Of a stretch of DNA of 64,000 nucleotides, positions 25,901 through 37,900 are shown piece by piece (position 1 is the stretch's first letter; every line of letters begins with the position of its first letter). The DNA comes from Raillietiella orientalis (Eukaryota). The stretch covers positions 3,596,001-3,660,000 of the forward strand of contig JAYWIR010000016.1 of assembly GCA_036172245.1 (NCBI GenBank), read 5' to 3'. Made by a program: the position numbers and the translations under genes. The notes below the pieces were generated by a model. The model had not been told where the DNA came from, did not search any database, and saw only the letters and a program-made list of their open reading frames with translations.

Positions 25901-28900
25901 CGTCGATTTTCTCGAGGCGGTTCTCGGTTTTTCATATTTGGTGCCTTCGTGGTCGTTTTCGTGTGGTTGATTCTGGAAGTTTTGAAAGACTACCGTCTTC
26001 TCCCGCAGCTCCTCCACCCTGTGATCCGGGAGCGTTCACGTGCGTGAAGTACGTCTGGAACCACACGTATTGCCTCCCAATTTACAAGAGATGCGACATG
26101 ACCGTGGACTGCCTGGATGGAACGGACGAGAGAGACTGCGGTAAAAGAGAGATTGGTGTCGGACGAGAGGAGCCTAATCTTCTTTCTTGTTCTTGCAGCC
26201 TATCGATCTTGCCAGAGTGAAGACTTCAAGTGCATAACTGGGCTCTGCGTGCACCGAAAGAAGAAATGCGATGGGTACTATGACTGTCGGGATTTGTCTG
26301 ACGAGAAAGGATGCAACATAACTTCGTGTCACTTGAACCAGTTCCGCTGCGCGGACCAAAAGAGTTGCGTGGATCTCAGCCGGAAGTGCGACCACACCAG
26401 CGACTGCGAAGACGGCAGCGACGAACGCAGCTGCGGTGCGTTTGAGTAAAAATCCGCGCTGGTCTTCCTTCCTCGAGGCCGCCCGCGCAGGCTCCAACTA
26501 CTCGGAACGCAGGGAGCGTAGCGCTTTCGCATGCAGAGACCATCTTCAAAGTTTTCTCCACCCACGTCCGTTCTTTCCCGTGACCCCGTCTTCGCGGAGG
26601 AGGAAGAATCATATCCTCTCGCGATCCTTACTTCCTAGAGCATCCTAAATCGCATTCTCCAGTTTCCGGCAACGCGAAACCGGAAGCATCTAGATTCACG
26701 CTCCGATGCCCTGGACACTCACGTATGCGTCATCCGGAGCCGCCGCTCGAGTTACTGGGTGTTTCGATAAGCACCAAAGCGTGATGGCTGTCTCCGCCGA
26801 ACCCTGCGAACCCGATTTTCCCGTTTCTGGCCTTCCGAGGCCCTGAGGCCAAGTCCGATTGACACCATCAGAACCATTCTATGCTCTTCTCTGCCTTCTT
26901 TCCGAAAAATCTTTCGTGCTGTACCAGGGTCTTTCTTTGGATGGGGGAGGGGGGGCTAGCAGCGGAGCATGCCGATGCTATGAGAATGAGGCGCTTAGTC
27001 CCCCAGAGATTCCGGACATGTACCGCAGCGGATTTATGATCACTTCGTTGATGGCTTCCCGTAATCGACGCGTATCTGTTACCGCAGATTTCCCTGCCTG
27101 CCACGAGGGACAGTTCAGGTGCAGCAACGCCCTATGCATCCCGATGAAATGGTGGTGCGACGGGTATGCAGACTGCAGCGACGGCTCTGACGAGCGCAAC
27201 TGCACCGTCGTTCCCTGCCCACCGGACAAGGTCCTTTGTCCCGCCGAGAAGAAGTGCATCGAGAAGAAGCAGCTTTGCGACGGCCACGTGGACTGCATGG
27301 ACGGGTCCGACGAAAGGGACACCTGCTGTGAGTTTACTTTTCTCCTGGCATCCCTTTTGCGCATGCGCGTGCGCGAGCACGGGAGCGGCATATAAGATTA
27401 CCTGCTCGCATGCAGAAGGGAAGTCCTTTCGGGGGATAGACGAAAAGGGTAGGATGGGAGAGAGGTGAGGTGAGGTGAAGCGAGCAGAACTGAGTAGCCC
27501 GCCAGGAAAGCCATGGCCAGCTCCCAGCGTCAAGCGCTCGTAGTCTTGATGCGAGATGCAGATAAGTAGTCTGTCCTTGCCGGACTAGGATAACGGGCGT
27601 GCACACGTCTCGAAGCCGCACCGAAGCAGGCTCAGGGATACCCACCGGAATTAGAAGCTGCAATGGCAGCCTCCTTTTCGCGCACGCAGCCACGCGAATT
27701 GAAGAACCGCGCAGAGGGCTGGGGCATGCTAAGTCTTCGTCCCCCTCTTTGGGATGATGAAGACCGGTTTTACACGCGAACGGGTGGTCTCCCTTCTTCT
27801 CCCATCTTCTCTGCCGATTCCGGACGATGGTCACGTCGGTTATTGTCATTTTGCAGCATCACGGAACTGCCCCTTCATGAGCTGCGATTTCGGGTGCAAG
27901 GCCTCGTTGGAAGGAGGGATCTGCCACTGTCCTGAAGGATTGACCTGGAATCCCAGCACGCAAGCATGCATCGGTGAGTAGGAGGAGGAGAGGGAGAGCG
28001 CGCAGCCACTCCCCCTTCCTTTCCCCCTCCCCCCTCCCTTCAACACACACACACCCGGAGAGACACACCGCTGTTCCCCAGATCTGGACGAATGCTCCCA
28101 GTGGGGATTCTGCGACCAGGTGTGCAACAATAGCGAGGGAGGCTACTCCTGTTCTTGCCACCAGGGATACTCCCTCGTGCAGAACACCTACTGCCGGGCC
28201 GACGACTCGGCCTTGATGCGCATCTACTTCGCGCATCACAGCAGTATCTTTAAGATGGATTCCTCATTCCTATCCGCCCACCTGGTGGCCAACTCCAGCA
28301 GCATCAGCGGGATCGACTTCCACTACCGGAAGTCGCTGCTCGTCTGGTCAGATGTCGTCAAGAAGAAGGTACGCGCGCCGCCTCCGTGCTTCCCTTCGAC
28401 CTCATTATCCTTTCTCATTTCCTCAGGTCTTCGTGACGAACATCAACCAAGTATACATGGACAGGGACCCCGCCAAGGAGATCTCCCTGGACTCCTCGTG
28501 GAATCCGGTCGCCCTGGCCGTAGACTGGGTCGGCGACAAGATCTACGTCTGCGACTCCGTGGGGCAGAAAGTTGACCTCTTCGAGCTGTCCGGAAAGTTC
28601 CACGCCATCGTCATCGGCCACAACCTCTCCAACCCTTATGACATCGCTCTCGACTCTTCCGAAGGGTACGCGCGTGTGCGGAAGGGGGGAAGGAAGAGGC
28701 AGCTACTCATCCCACTTTTCCCTTCTCCTGCAGGTACCTGTTCGTATCGGACGGGGACCGCATCCTTCGCGCTAACATGGACGGGAGCAACCTCGTCTCC
28801 CTGGTGAAGGACGGGCTGTACCGCGTCACCGGCATCGCCCTGGACTACGCCAACAAGCGCGTCTTCTGGACCGACTCCCTGTCCAACAGGATCGAAACGG

Positions 28901-31900
28901 TGAAATTCGACGGGGAGGGAAGGTTCCCCGTGCTGAAAGGTGGCGAACTCTCGCGGGGGCTCTGTGGGAAGGGGGGGAGGGGGGAGGGAAGGGACTGACC
29001 CCCCTCCAAGACGAGCAGGGGCCGACGACCCTCCTCCCACTCCAGATCGCACCAGCATCCCAAATCCCAGCCGCCTCGCGGTCTTCGAGAACCAGATGTT
29101 CTGGACGGACAGCACCCGACAGGGGGTCATCAGAGCATCCAAGTACGAGGGCACCGGGAGCACCAAGATCGTCTACCAGATGCGGAATGTCACCCAGGAG
29201 CCCAAGGCCATCCGCGCCGTCCACGCCCTCATGCAGCCCCCAGGTGAGAGAACCCAGCGCTTGCAGCACAATGACCGCGGCCCTTCCCCCCCCCTCCTCC
29301 TTTCATTCAGTGACCACGCCTTGCCTGAATAACGGACACTGCGCCCATCTGTGCGTCGTGACCAGGAACGTGGAAGGCACCGGCCTGGGGTATCGCTGCG
29401 CGTGCAGCATGGGCTACAAGCTGAGCCTGGACGGCAGGAGCTGCACGCGTGAGTGGCTCGGTCTCCTCTCCGTTCCCCCTCTCTCCCCGGAGGGGGAGAT
29501 AAGAGGAGAAGAAGGCAAAGGATCCAAGGGATGGAGGTTTTTTTCCTCCTGCAGGGATCCGAGAGTTCCTGATCTACTCCAAGCAGAACTTCATCAAGGG
29601 CATCGTCGTTCCGACACACCACCACGAAGCCGACAGCTCGGGCTTTCGGGATGCCATCCTCCCCATCGCGTCTCGGTCGGCCCGCTACGTCGGCCTGGAC
29701 TTCGACGCTCGCGAACAGTTCCTCTATTACTCAGACGTGATCCTGGACGTCATACACCGAGTGAGGATCAACGGCTCGGGTACGGTTTGTTGCTTCTCAG
29801 GTGTGAGGCCGAGCACGAAAAAGGACCTTGGAAGCGTGGGGAGGAAAGCAGGGGGGGGGACATAGTGGAAGAAGAGGAAAGGAGGGCAAGAGACGGGAGA
29901 CAGTAGTTTCTCACGGGCGCCACCTTTCTCTTAGACCACGAGAACTTGTTGGCGTCCCAGAACGAGGGCGTCGAAGGACTGGCGCTGGACTGGATCTCGG
30001 GCAACCTGTACTTCATCGACAGCCGCAGGGGGACGCTGAATGTGCTGAACACCCGAGAGCCCTCAATCCGAAAGACGCTCCTCCGTCACCTGAGGAAGCC
30101 CCGAGCGATCGTGGTGCACCCGAACAAAGGGTACGGTAGCCAGGGTTCCCCAGACGAGCGGACCGCGCCTCAACGCGGAGGGGGGGAGCAGCTATGTGTT
30201 CTTCTCCGAGTGGGACAGGCCGGCTAACATCAGCCGCGTCAACATGGACGGCACCGGCGTGGTGGTCTTCTGGAAGCTGCTCCTTGGCTGGCCCAACGGC
30301 CTCGCCCTTGACTACAGGGAGGACCGGCTGTACTGGTGCGACGCCCTCCTGGACCACGTGCAGCACTCCGACCTAGACGGCACGGACGTGCACACTCTGA
30401 GCACGAAGATGATTCGCCACGCATTCTCCCTCGTCGTGTACGGCGGTGAGTTCTCCGGAGGTGGCCGATGGTCGTGGAGGCGGCGTCAGCAGGAAGGCCA
30501 TCACCTCCTGCTGCCGCCGCCGAAGGGGACCATCTCTGCTAGCTCGCCCCCCTTCTCACCTGGTCGTCCTTTCCTCCCGTTTCTTCCCACATTTTCTCTT
30601 CTCTCGTTCTTTCCTCCTTTTCTCTCCCGCAGATTTCCTGTACGTCAGTGACTGGAGGATGGATGCCATCATCCAAGTGGACAAGAAGACCGGGGAAGGG
30701 GAGCGCATCGTCGAGCAGATCGAGGAGAGTAATCGCCTGTACGGGATCCGCATGTACAGCGAGCAGGCGCAGCCCATCGCCATCGACCACCCGTGCCACC
30801 GCGGAGCCTTCGGATGCCAGAAATTCTGCTTCCCGATACTCGACAACTCCACAGGCAGGCTGACTGCGCGTTGTGCATGTCCACAGGGGGAGCGACTGGA
30901 CAAAGACGGTAGGTAGACCTCCAGGAGCAGCAGCTGGGGGCGAGGGGAGGGAGGCTGCATGGGGAGCGAAAAGGAAGAGGAAGGTGTCGCACAGGGGGGA
31001 GGGGAAGAGAGACCCCCCGCCCCCTCCGAGGAAGGGAGCGCGGACCGTTCTTTTCCGTTCCACGCCGAACTGTCCTTTTCCCCTCCCCTTCCAGAGAAGA
31101 GCTGCGTGGCCGACCCTCACTCGCAGCCTGCCCCACAGCCCTGCTCCAACTCCTGGGACTTCACCTGCGACAACCAGAGGTGCGTCCCCAAGCTTTTTGT
31201 CTGCGACGGCGACAACGACTGCCTGGACAACTCCGACGAGCTCCAGAATTGCACACAGAAAGTGTGCATGCCGGAGGACTTCCGCTGCAGCTCGGGGCGG
31301 TGTATCCCCAAGCCGTTCCACTGCGACTCCGACAACGACTGCGGGGACTTTTCGGACGAAATCGGCTGCAAGAACGTGACCTGCGATGCCCGCGAGTTCG
31401 CTTGCAGCAACGGCAGGTGCATCCCCGGCAGCTGGAAGTGCGACTCCCAGAATGACTGTGGGGACGGCAGCGACGAGGGGAGCTTCTGCCAGGAGAAGAC
31501 CTGCTCCTACTACCAGGTGCGGAGGTGGGACGGAGTTGGTGGGGGAGGGGGGAGGGAAGAAAGCTTCCTTCCCCTTCCTTTTTCAGTTCACGTGCCCTGA
31601 CACCGGCCAGTGCATCCCGCAGTCCTGGGTGTGCGACGGCGACAACGACTGCCTCAACGGTCAGGACGAGGCGGACTGCCCTCCGGTGATCTGCAGCGCC
31701 GAGCAGTTCAAGTGCAACAACCTGCGTCAGTGCGTCCCGGGATCCTTCCGCTGCGACGGCATCTCTCACTGTGACGATTCCAGCGACGAGTCCGGATGCC
31801 CCTCGCTCCAGAGTAATGTTTCTTCCTACTCCTCCTCACCCCCCACCCTTTCTGCCCCGCCTTCCGGATGAGCGGATCGGAAGAACCGAAACTCGGCATT

Positions 31901-34900
31901 CCAGACACGACGCAGGCGCACCAGTGCGACCCGGAGAAGCAATTCCTCTGCAAGGTGACGGGCACGTGCATCTCGAAGATCTGGGAGTGCGACGGGACCA
32001 AGGACTGCGAGGACGGCAGTGACGAGCATCAGGGCTGCGGCCAGGTATGCGCCCCACCTTTCCCGTTCGGTTCCCCACCCCCTCCTCCCGTTTCTTCTTC
32101 AGCAGATCGAGTGCCGCCCGGGATTCTACCGGTGCAACAACAGCCGCTGCGTGTTCAGCGCCTGGGTCTGCGACGGCGAGAATGACTGCGGGGACAACAG
32201 CGACGAGGAATCGACCCACGCGTGCAAACCCCCGCACCTCAGGTTCGCATGCGTCCCCTCTCCCTCGCCCATATGGGAGAGGTGGAGGTGCCTCCTCACC
32301 CCACCCCCATTCACTCTCCCCCTCTTCCTTCCCAAAGGTGCTCCTGGAACCAGTGGCTGTGCCCAGACGGCGAGAACAGGTGCATCAACCTGACCCAGGT
32401 CTGCGACGGGAAGGAGGACTGTCCACTAGGGGCAGACGAAGGTCCCCGGTGCAGCCTCGGGGAGTGCGAGAGCGTGTCGTGCGACGAGAGTTGTCTGGAG
32501 ACCCCCCTGGTGAGTGAAGTCTCCTACCTCCCTCGTCTTCTTCGCCCCTCTTCTTCTGGTCCCCTTTTCCGTCCTTTCCTTCTCGCTCGGAACCACCCGG
32601 GGGCAATGCGTCATCCCTGTTCCCCCCTCCGAAGGGTCCTATCTGCTCGTGTCCTGAAGGGGAGGAGCGCAGCGATCTAGATCCGACCCTGTGCAAGGAC
32701 ATCGACGAGTGCAGCCCTCCCGGGAAGTGCTCCCAGCGATGTGAGAACACCAAGGGGAGCTTTTATTGCTCCTGCGAGGAGGGATATGGCCTGGAACCCG
32801 ACAAAGTGACCTGCAAGGTCTTCAGTGAGTTCTCCCCTTCACTTTCCCCTCCCTCCCGCGGGAAGGGGGGGGGGGAGGGAAAGAAAACCACACCTGGCGT
32901 TCTCTCCTTCCAGACTACAGCATGACCCTGCTCGTCATCTCGAACAGGAAGGCCATCTTAGTGTCCGACCTGAACACCAGCACCCTGGAGCAGATCCCCA
33001 TCCGCGTGGAGAACGTGGTCGCCATCACGTCGGACATGCACAACAATGTGCTCTTCTGGTCGGACATGAAGCTGAAGAAGATATTCCGCCTGTCCAGGGG
33101 AGAAGATCCCGAGGAGGTGTGTCGAGGAAGAGGGGGAGGTGTTGCTGGGGTGTTCGGGAGGAGGGGAGGCATCAGGCTCCTTTATGTCGGCCTCGGAAAG
33201 CTGACTTCGTTTCTCCATCCCGTAGCTGATCTCCAACGGTCTGGATCTGGTAGAGGGGCTCGCGTATGACTGGATAGGGAAGAACCTGTACTGGGTCGAC
33301 TCGCGCCTCAACGTCCTCGAAGTGTGCAACTCGGATGGAAAGAACCGCATCATCCTGATCAGCGACAACCTGAAGCAGCCTCGGGGGATCGCCCTCGACC
33401 CCACGGAAGGGTAACGAGAGAGCGCGCTGGGCGCGCCCCCTCCGGTTCTCACCGTCTCTCCCCGGACGCAGCGCGAGGTGGCTGTTCTGGAGCGACTGGG
33501 GCGAGAACCCGAGGATCGAGAGGGTGGGCATGGACGGGTCGAACCGGAGCGTCATCGTCAACACGAAGATCTACTGGCCCAACGGCCTGGCCGTCGACGT
33601 ACCCAACAAGAGGCTGTACTTCGTGGACAGCAAGCTGGATTACATCGACTTCTGCAACTACGACGGTAGCGGGCGACAGCAGGTCGTCGTCAGCAGCAAC
33701 TACCTCCTCCATGCCCACTCCCTGGCCGTGTTCGAGGACACCATCTATTGGACCGATCGCCAGCTCAACCGTGTCTTCTCTGCCCACAAGTTCCGGGGCA
33801 ACAACCAGTCTATTCTGAGCCATGTGCTTGCCCAGCCATTGAACCTGCACATCAGCCACCCATCCTTGCAGCCACTCAAGCGCAACCCCTGCGACGGCGC
33901 CATATGCCAGCAGATTTGCCTCCTGTCTCCTGTCTCCCCTAAAGGGTACTCGTGCAAGTGCAAGTCCGGTTTCGCGCTGACGGACGAGTCCAACTGCGTG
34001 CAAGGTATGGATCCGGGGGGAAGATGGCAAGCGACGGGGGCTGACGAGACGTCCTCCTCCTCCTTCTTCCCTCTCTTTCTCTGGTGACTGCTCCTCGTCC
34101 CTTCGCGTCTGCCCATTGCAGAGGAACATCCGTTTATCCTTCTGATGCGAGGGAACCAGATCATCGACGTTGACATATCCGGAAGCAACAAAACCCTAGG
34201 GTGGATCGTTCCCGTGGTCGGCATCGAGAACGGCAAGGAACTGACCTATGATCGGCTGACCGAGACGTTATACTGGCTCGAGTTGAGCGGCCCGGAGCAC
34301 AGAAACGTAGGACTCGCGGGACGTTGGGCGAACCCACGTATGCTCACTGGGGAAGCTTGTTCCTAGGGAACGATTAGGGCGTTCAACATGGCAGAAGGGA
34401 ATGTAACTAATTTTCTCCAAAATAGCACGCTGGGCGTGCCCTACGCCCTAGCGTTCGATTGGATCGGCCGCAATCTGATTCTTGGTAATCAACAGAATTC
34501 GAATTTAGAAGTTATCAAAGTTGATGGAAAGGTACCTCATAGAAAGGTCATCCTTTCTAACAAGGGCGACCCTACGGGAGTTGGTCAGCCGGTGTCCATC
34601 TGTGTCGACTCCTACGAAGGGTAACTACATCCTCACGGCTAGCGTTCCTTCGATAAAAGGGTCTTTCTCTCTTTTTCTTTTTTTTTTTCTTCTGCTTCCG
34701 TCTCTCTTCCTCCTTGTCTTCCCTCCCCCTCAAGGAAACTCTACTGGCTGGACAGCGGCGGCGTGGGTGTGCCTTCGAAACTGGGAAAGGTCTCCCTCGA
34801 TGGGTCGAGCCCGTCTATCCTCTTCGATAAAGACATCACCTACCCCTTGTACATTACTATCGACATGGACACCAAGCGTCTCTTCTGGAGCACCACCAAT

Positions 34901-37900
34901 CCCGGAAAGGTACCAACCAACCTACTCCATCCGTCCGTCCGGGAGGGAGGATGGAAATCCCTCTCAGGCAACCAACTGGTCTCACCACCGTGCCGTATTT
35001 GCAGATCGAAACCAGTGACGTCTACGGGAACGACAGGCGCGTGCTGCTGGACGAGAAGAAGGGCGTCTCCCATCCCATCTCCTTAGCCGTCCTCAACCGG
35101 CGCCTGTTCTTCATCGACTCCATGTACGAGACGCTGACCAGGGTGGACTTCCCTCTTGCGGAAAACCCCGTGCACATCCGCACGAACGAGGAAAACTTGC
35201 GAGCGATGACCATCTACCGGAAGCAGATAGGTAAGCAGCGCCCCTCCTACCTCTCACTCGACCTTTTCGTTCCCACGAAGAGGCTATCCCTCCTCCTCAC
35301 AGTCGTCATGACTATCGCCACTACCTTCCCTTTCGCCACCATCATCTTCCTGTCTTTCCCTCTCTTCTCCCCCTTCCCTTACGCGCGTGCTTCTACGATT
35401 TCGAAAAGGGAACCTCCAGACTTTTTTCCAGGGGGAGCGAGCCATCCTTGTCGCATCAAGAATGGAGGCTGCGACCACATCTGCGTGCCCGTTTCCAGCG
35501 ACTCCCACAAGTGCCTCTGCTCCGTAGGCTACAAGATCGAGAAACAAACTAAGTGCCTGGAATACCGCAGCTTCTCCATCATCTCTCAGCTCGAAGTCAT
35601 GAGAGGATTCAGCTTGGAGGACGATACCGAAGCCATGACCCCGCTAACCGGTCCAGGTAGGTGTGGCAACAACGAAAGGAGGGAGGAATAGCTTCCACCC
35701 TCCCTCAGCACTCTTTCTTTCCCCCTCGCCTTCATACTTCATATCTCCTCCTCCTGTTTTCCAGGGCACAACATCCTGCACGTGGACTTCCACTACGTTC
35801 AGAACTGGATCTACTTTGTGGAGTTCGGGAAGAGGAGGTGGAACGGAATCTACCGAATCCGACCGAACGGCACGGAGCTGGAGCACATCGTCTCCACAGG
35901 CATCGGCCTGAGCGGGATCCGGGGTATCGCCATTGACTGGATCGCCGGGAACATGTATTTCACCAACGTGTACTCTCACGAGACGTACCTAGAGGTTTGC
36001 CGGCTGGACGGGCAGCACCGCATGATCCTCGTCAAGACGATCAAGGACTCACCCAGGGAGGTAGCGGTGAATCCCATAAAGAGGTGAGCGGCGCCAGGGA
36101 GCATCTCTTTCCCTACCCTCAGAACACCCCGTGTCCTTACCATCCTTCTTTCTCTCTTCCCTCAGGTACCTGTACTGGATCGACTATGGTCAGTTTCCAC
36201 TGATCGGCATGGCGCATCTCAATGGAAGCAACTGGATTCCCATCGTCACCTCTGGGATCACCAGCCCCAGAGACCTCACCATTGATATGCAGACGCATGA
36301 CGTTTACTGGGTTGATTCGCGCCAAGACTCCATCCAGAAAGTGTCATACAATGGGGAGAACAAGCAGTTCGTGCGTAGGAACCAGCCCAACCCCATCGGA
36401 CTTGCCCTGCATCTCTCATCGGTCTACTGGGTCGACAGGAATCTGGGCACCATCTTCAAGGCGTCGAAGTTCCCCGGGAACACCTCGTTCCCCGAGAGGG
36501 TCCAGTCCGGGCTTTCGCAGCTGCGAGACATCGCCATATTCGACGCTGACAACCAGCCGCCGGGAGAGAGTCCTTGCACGCGCATCGAGAACGGAGGCTG
36601 CGACCAGCTGTGCTTCGCGCTCCCCTCGGATAGTGCCATTTCGATGAAGGAGCTTCAGTGCCAGTGCGCCATAGGACACTTGGCCTCGGACGGACGCCGC
36701 TGCGTGCAGCCGTCCGAATACCTCGTGTTCACCACGCGGACGGAGATCCGCAGTGTGCGCCTGGATCCCAAGTTGACCTCCATCCCCTTCCAGCCGATCA
36801 CTGGTTTCTCCAACTACGCGGAGCTCGACTTCGATTACGAAAGCAACCAACTGCTCTTCATCAGCCAGAAGGGAAGTCGCTCCTACATCAACTGGGTGTC
36901 CCCGAAAAACCCGCTGCAGGGCAATGTCACAATCGCCCTGGATCGCTGGATCCGGCCTGAAGACATCGCCTACGACTGGGTCGGAAAGAAGATCTACTGG
37001 ACTGATTCTTCCAATAACAGCATCTACGCAATGGACCTCAACGGAAAGAACATCATCGACATTGCCTATGCGGACAGGCCCAGGTCCATTGTACTCGATC
37101 CCTGCCACGGCAGCATCTACTTCACGGACTGGGGTCGGTACGGACCGACTGCGAAGATTTACCGTGCCACGATGGCTGGCTCTCTGAAGCGCGCCATCAT
37201 AAGCGAAGATCTCACCCACCCTAGCGGACTAGCCATCGATTACGAGGATAGAATGCTCTACTGGACGGATACCATTCGCAAGAAGATTGAGCGGTCTGAT
37301 CTGGAAGGTGGGAATCGTGAGGTCATCGTGTCTGCCACCATTTACCCCTTCTCCGTCACCGTTTTCGACAATTTCATCTACTGGACGGACCTGCAGCTGC
37401 GCAGCATCTACCGCGCCGAGAAGCACACTGGCGCCAATCTAGTCGAGATGATCAAGCTCCTCTCCGACACCCCTAGGGACATACGCATCTTCGCTCCCGG
37501 AAGGCAGAGCTGCAAGGTCACCCCTTGCAGTATCCACAACGGAGGCTGCGTTTCTTCGTGTCATGTGACATCGAACACCACGTCGGAGTGCAGGTGTAAC
37601 TCCTCCTACAAGCTGGTGAACGATGACAAGATGTGTGTTCCTCTAAACTACACTTGCAAGAACGGGACCTTCGTGTGCGCCAATGGCAAGTGCCTGTCTC
37701 CCATGTGGGCCTGCGACTCAGAGAATGACTGCGGGGACAACAGTGATGAAGATGTGAACTTCTGCGCACACCACACGTGCAAACCTCGAGAGTTTCGCTG
37801 TGCCAACGGAAGATGCATCCCCACCCTATGGCTGTGCGACCGCGAGAACGACTGCGGGGACGGGACGGACGAAAAGGAGTGCGTCTATCCCGCGTGCGCG

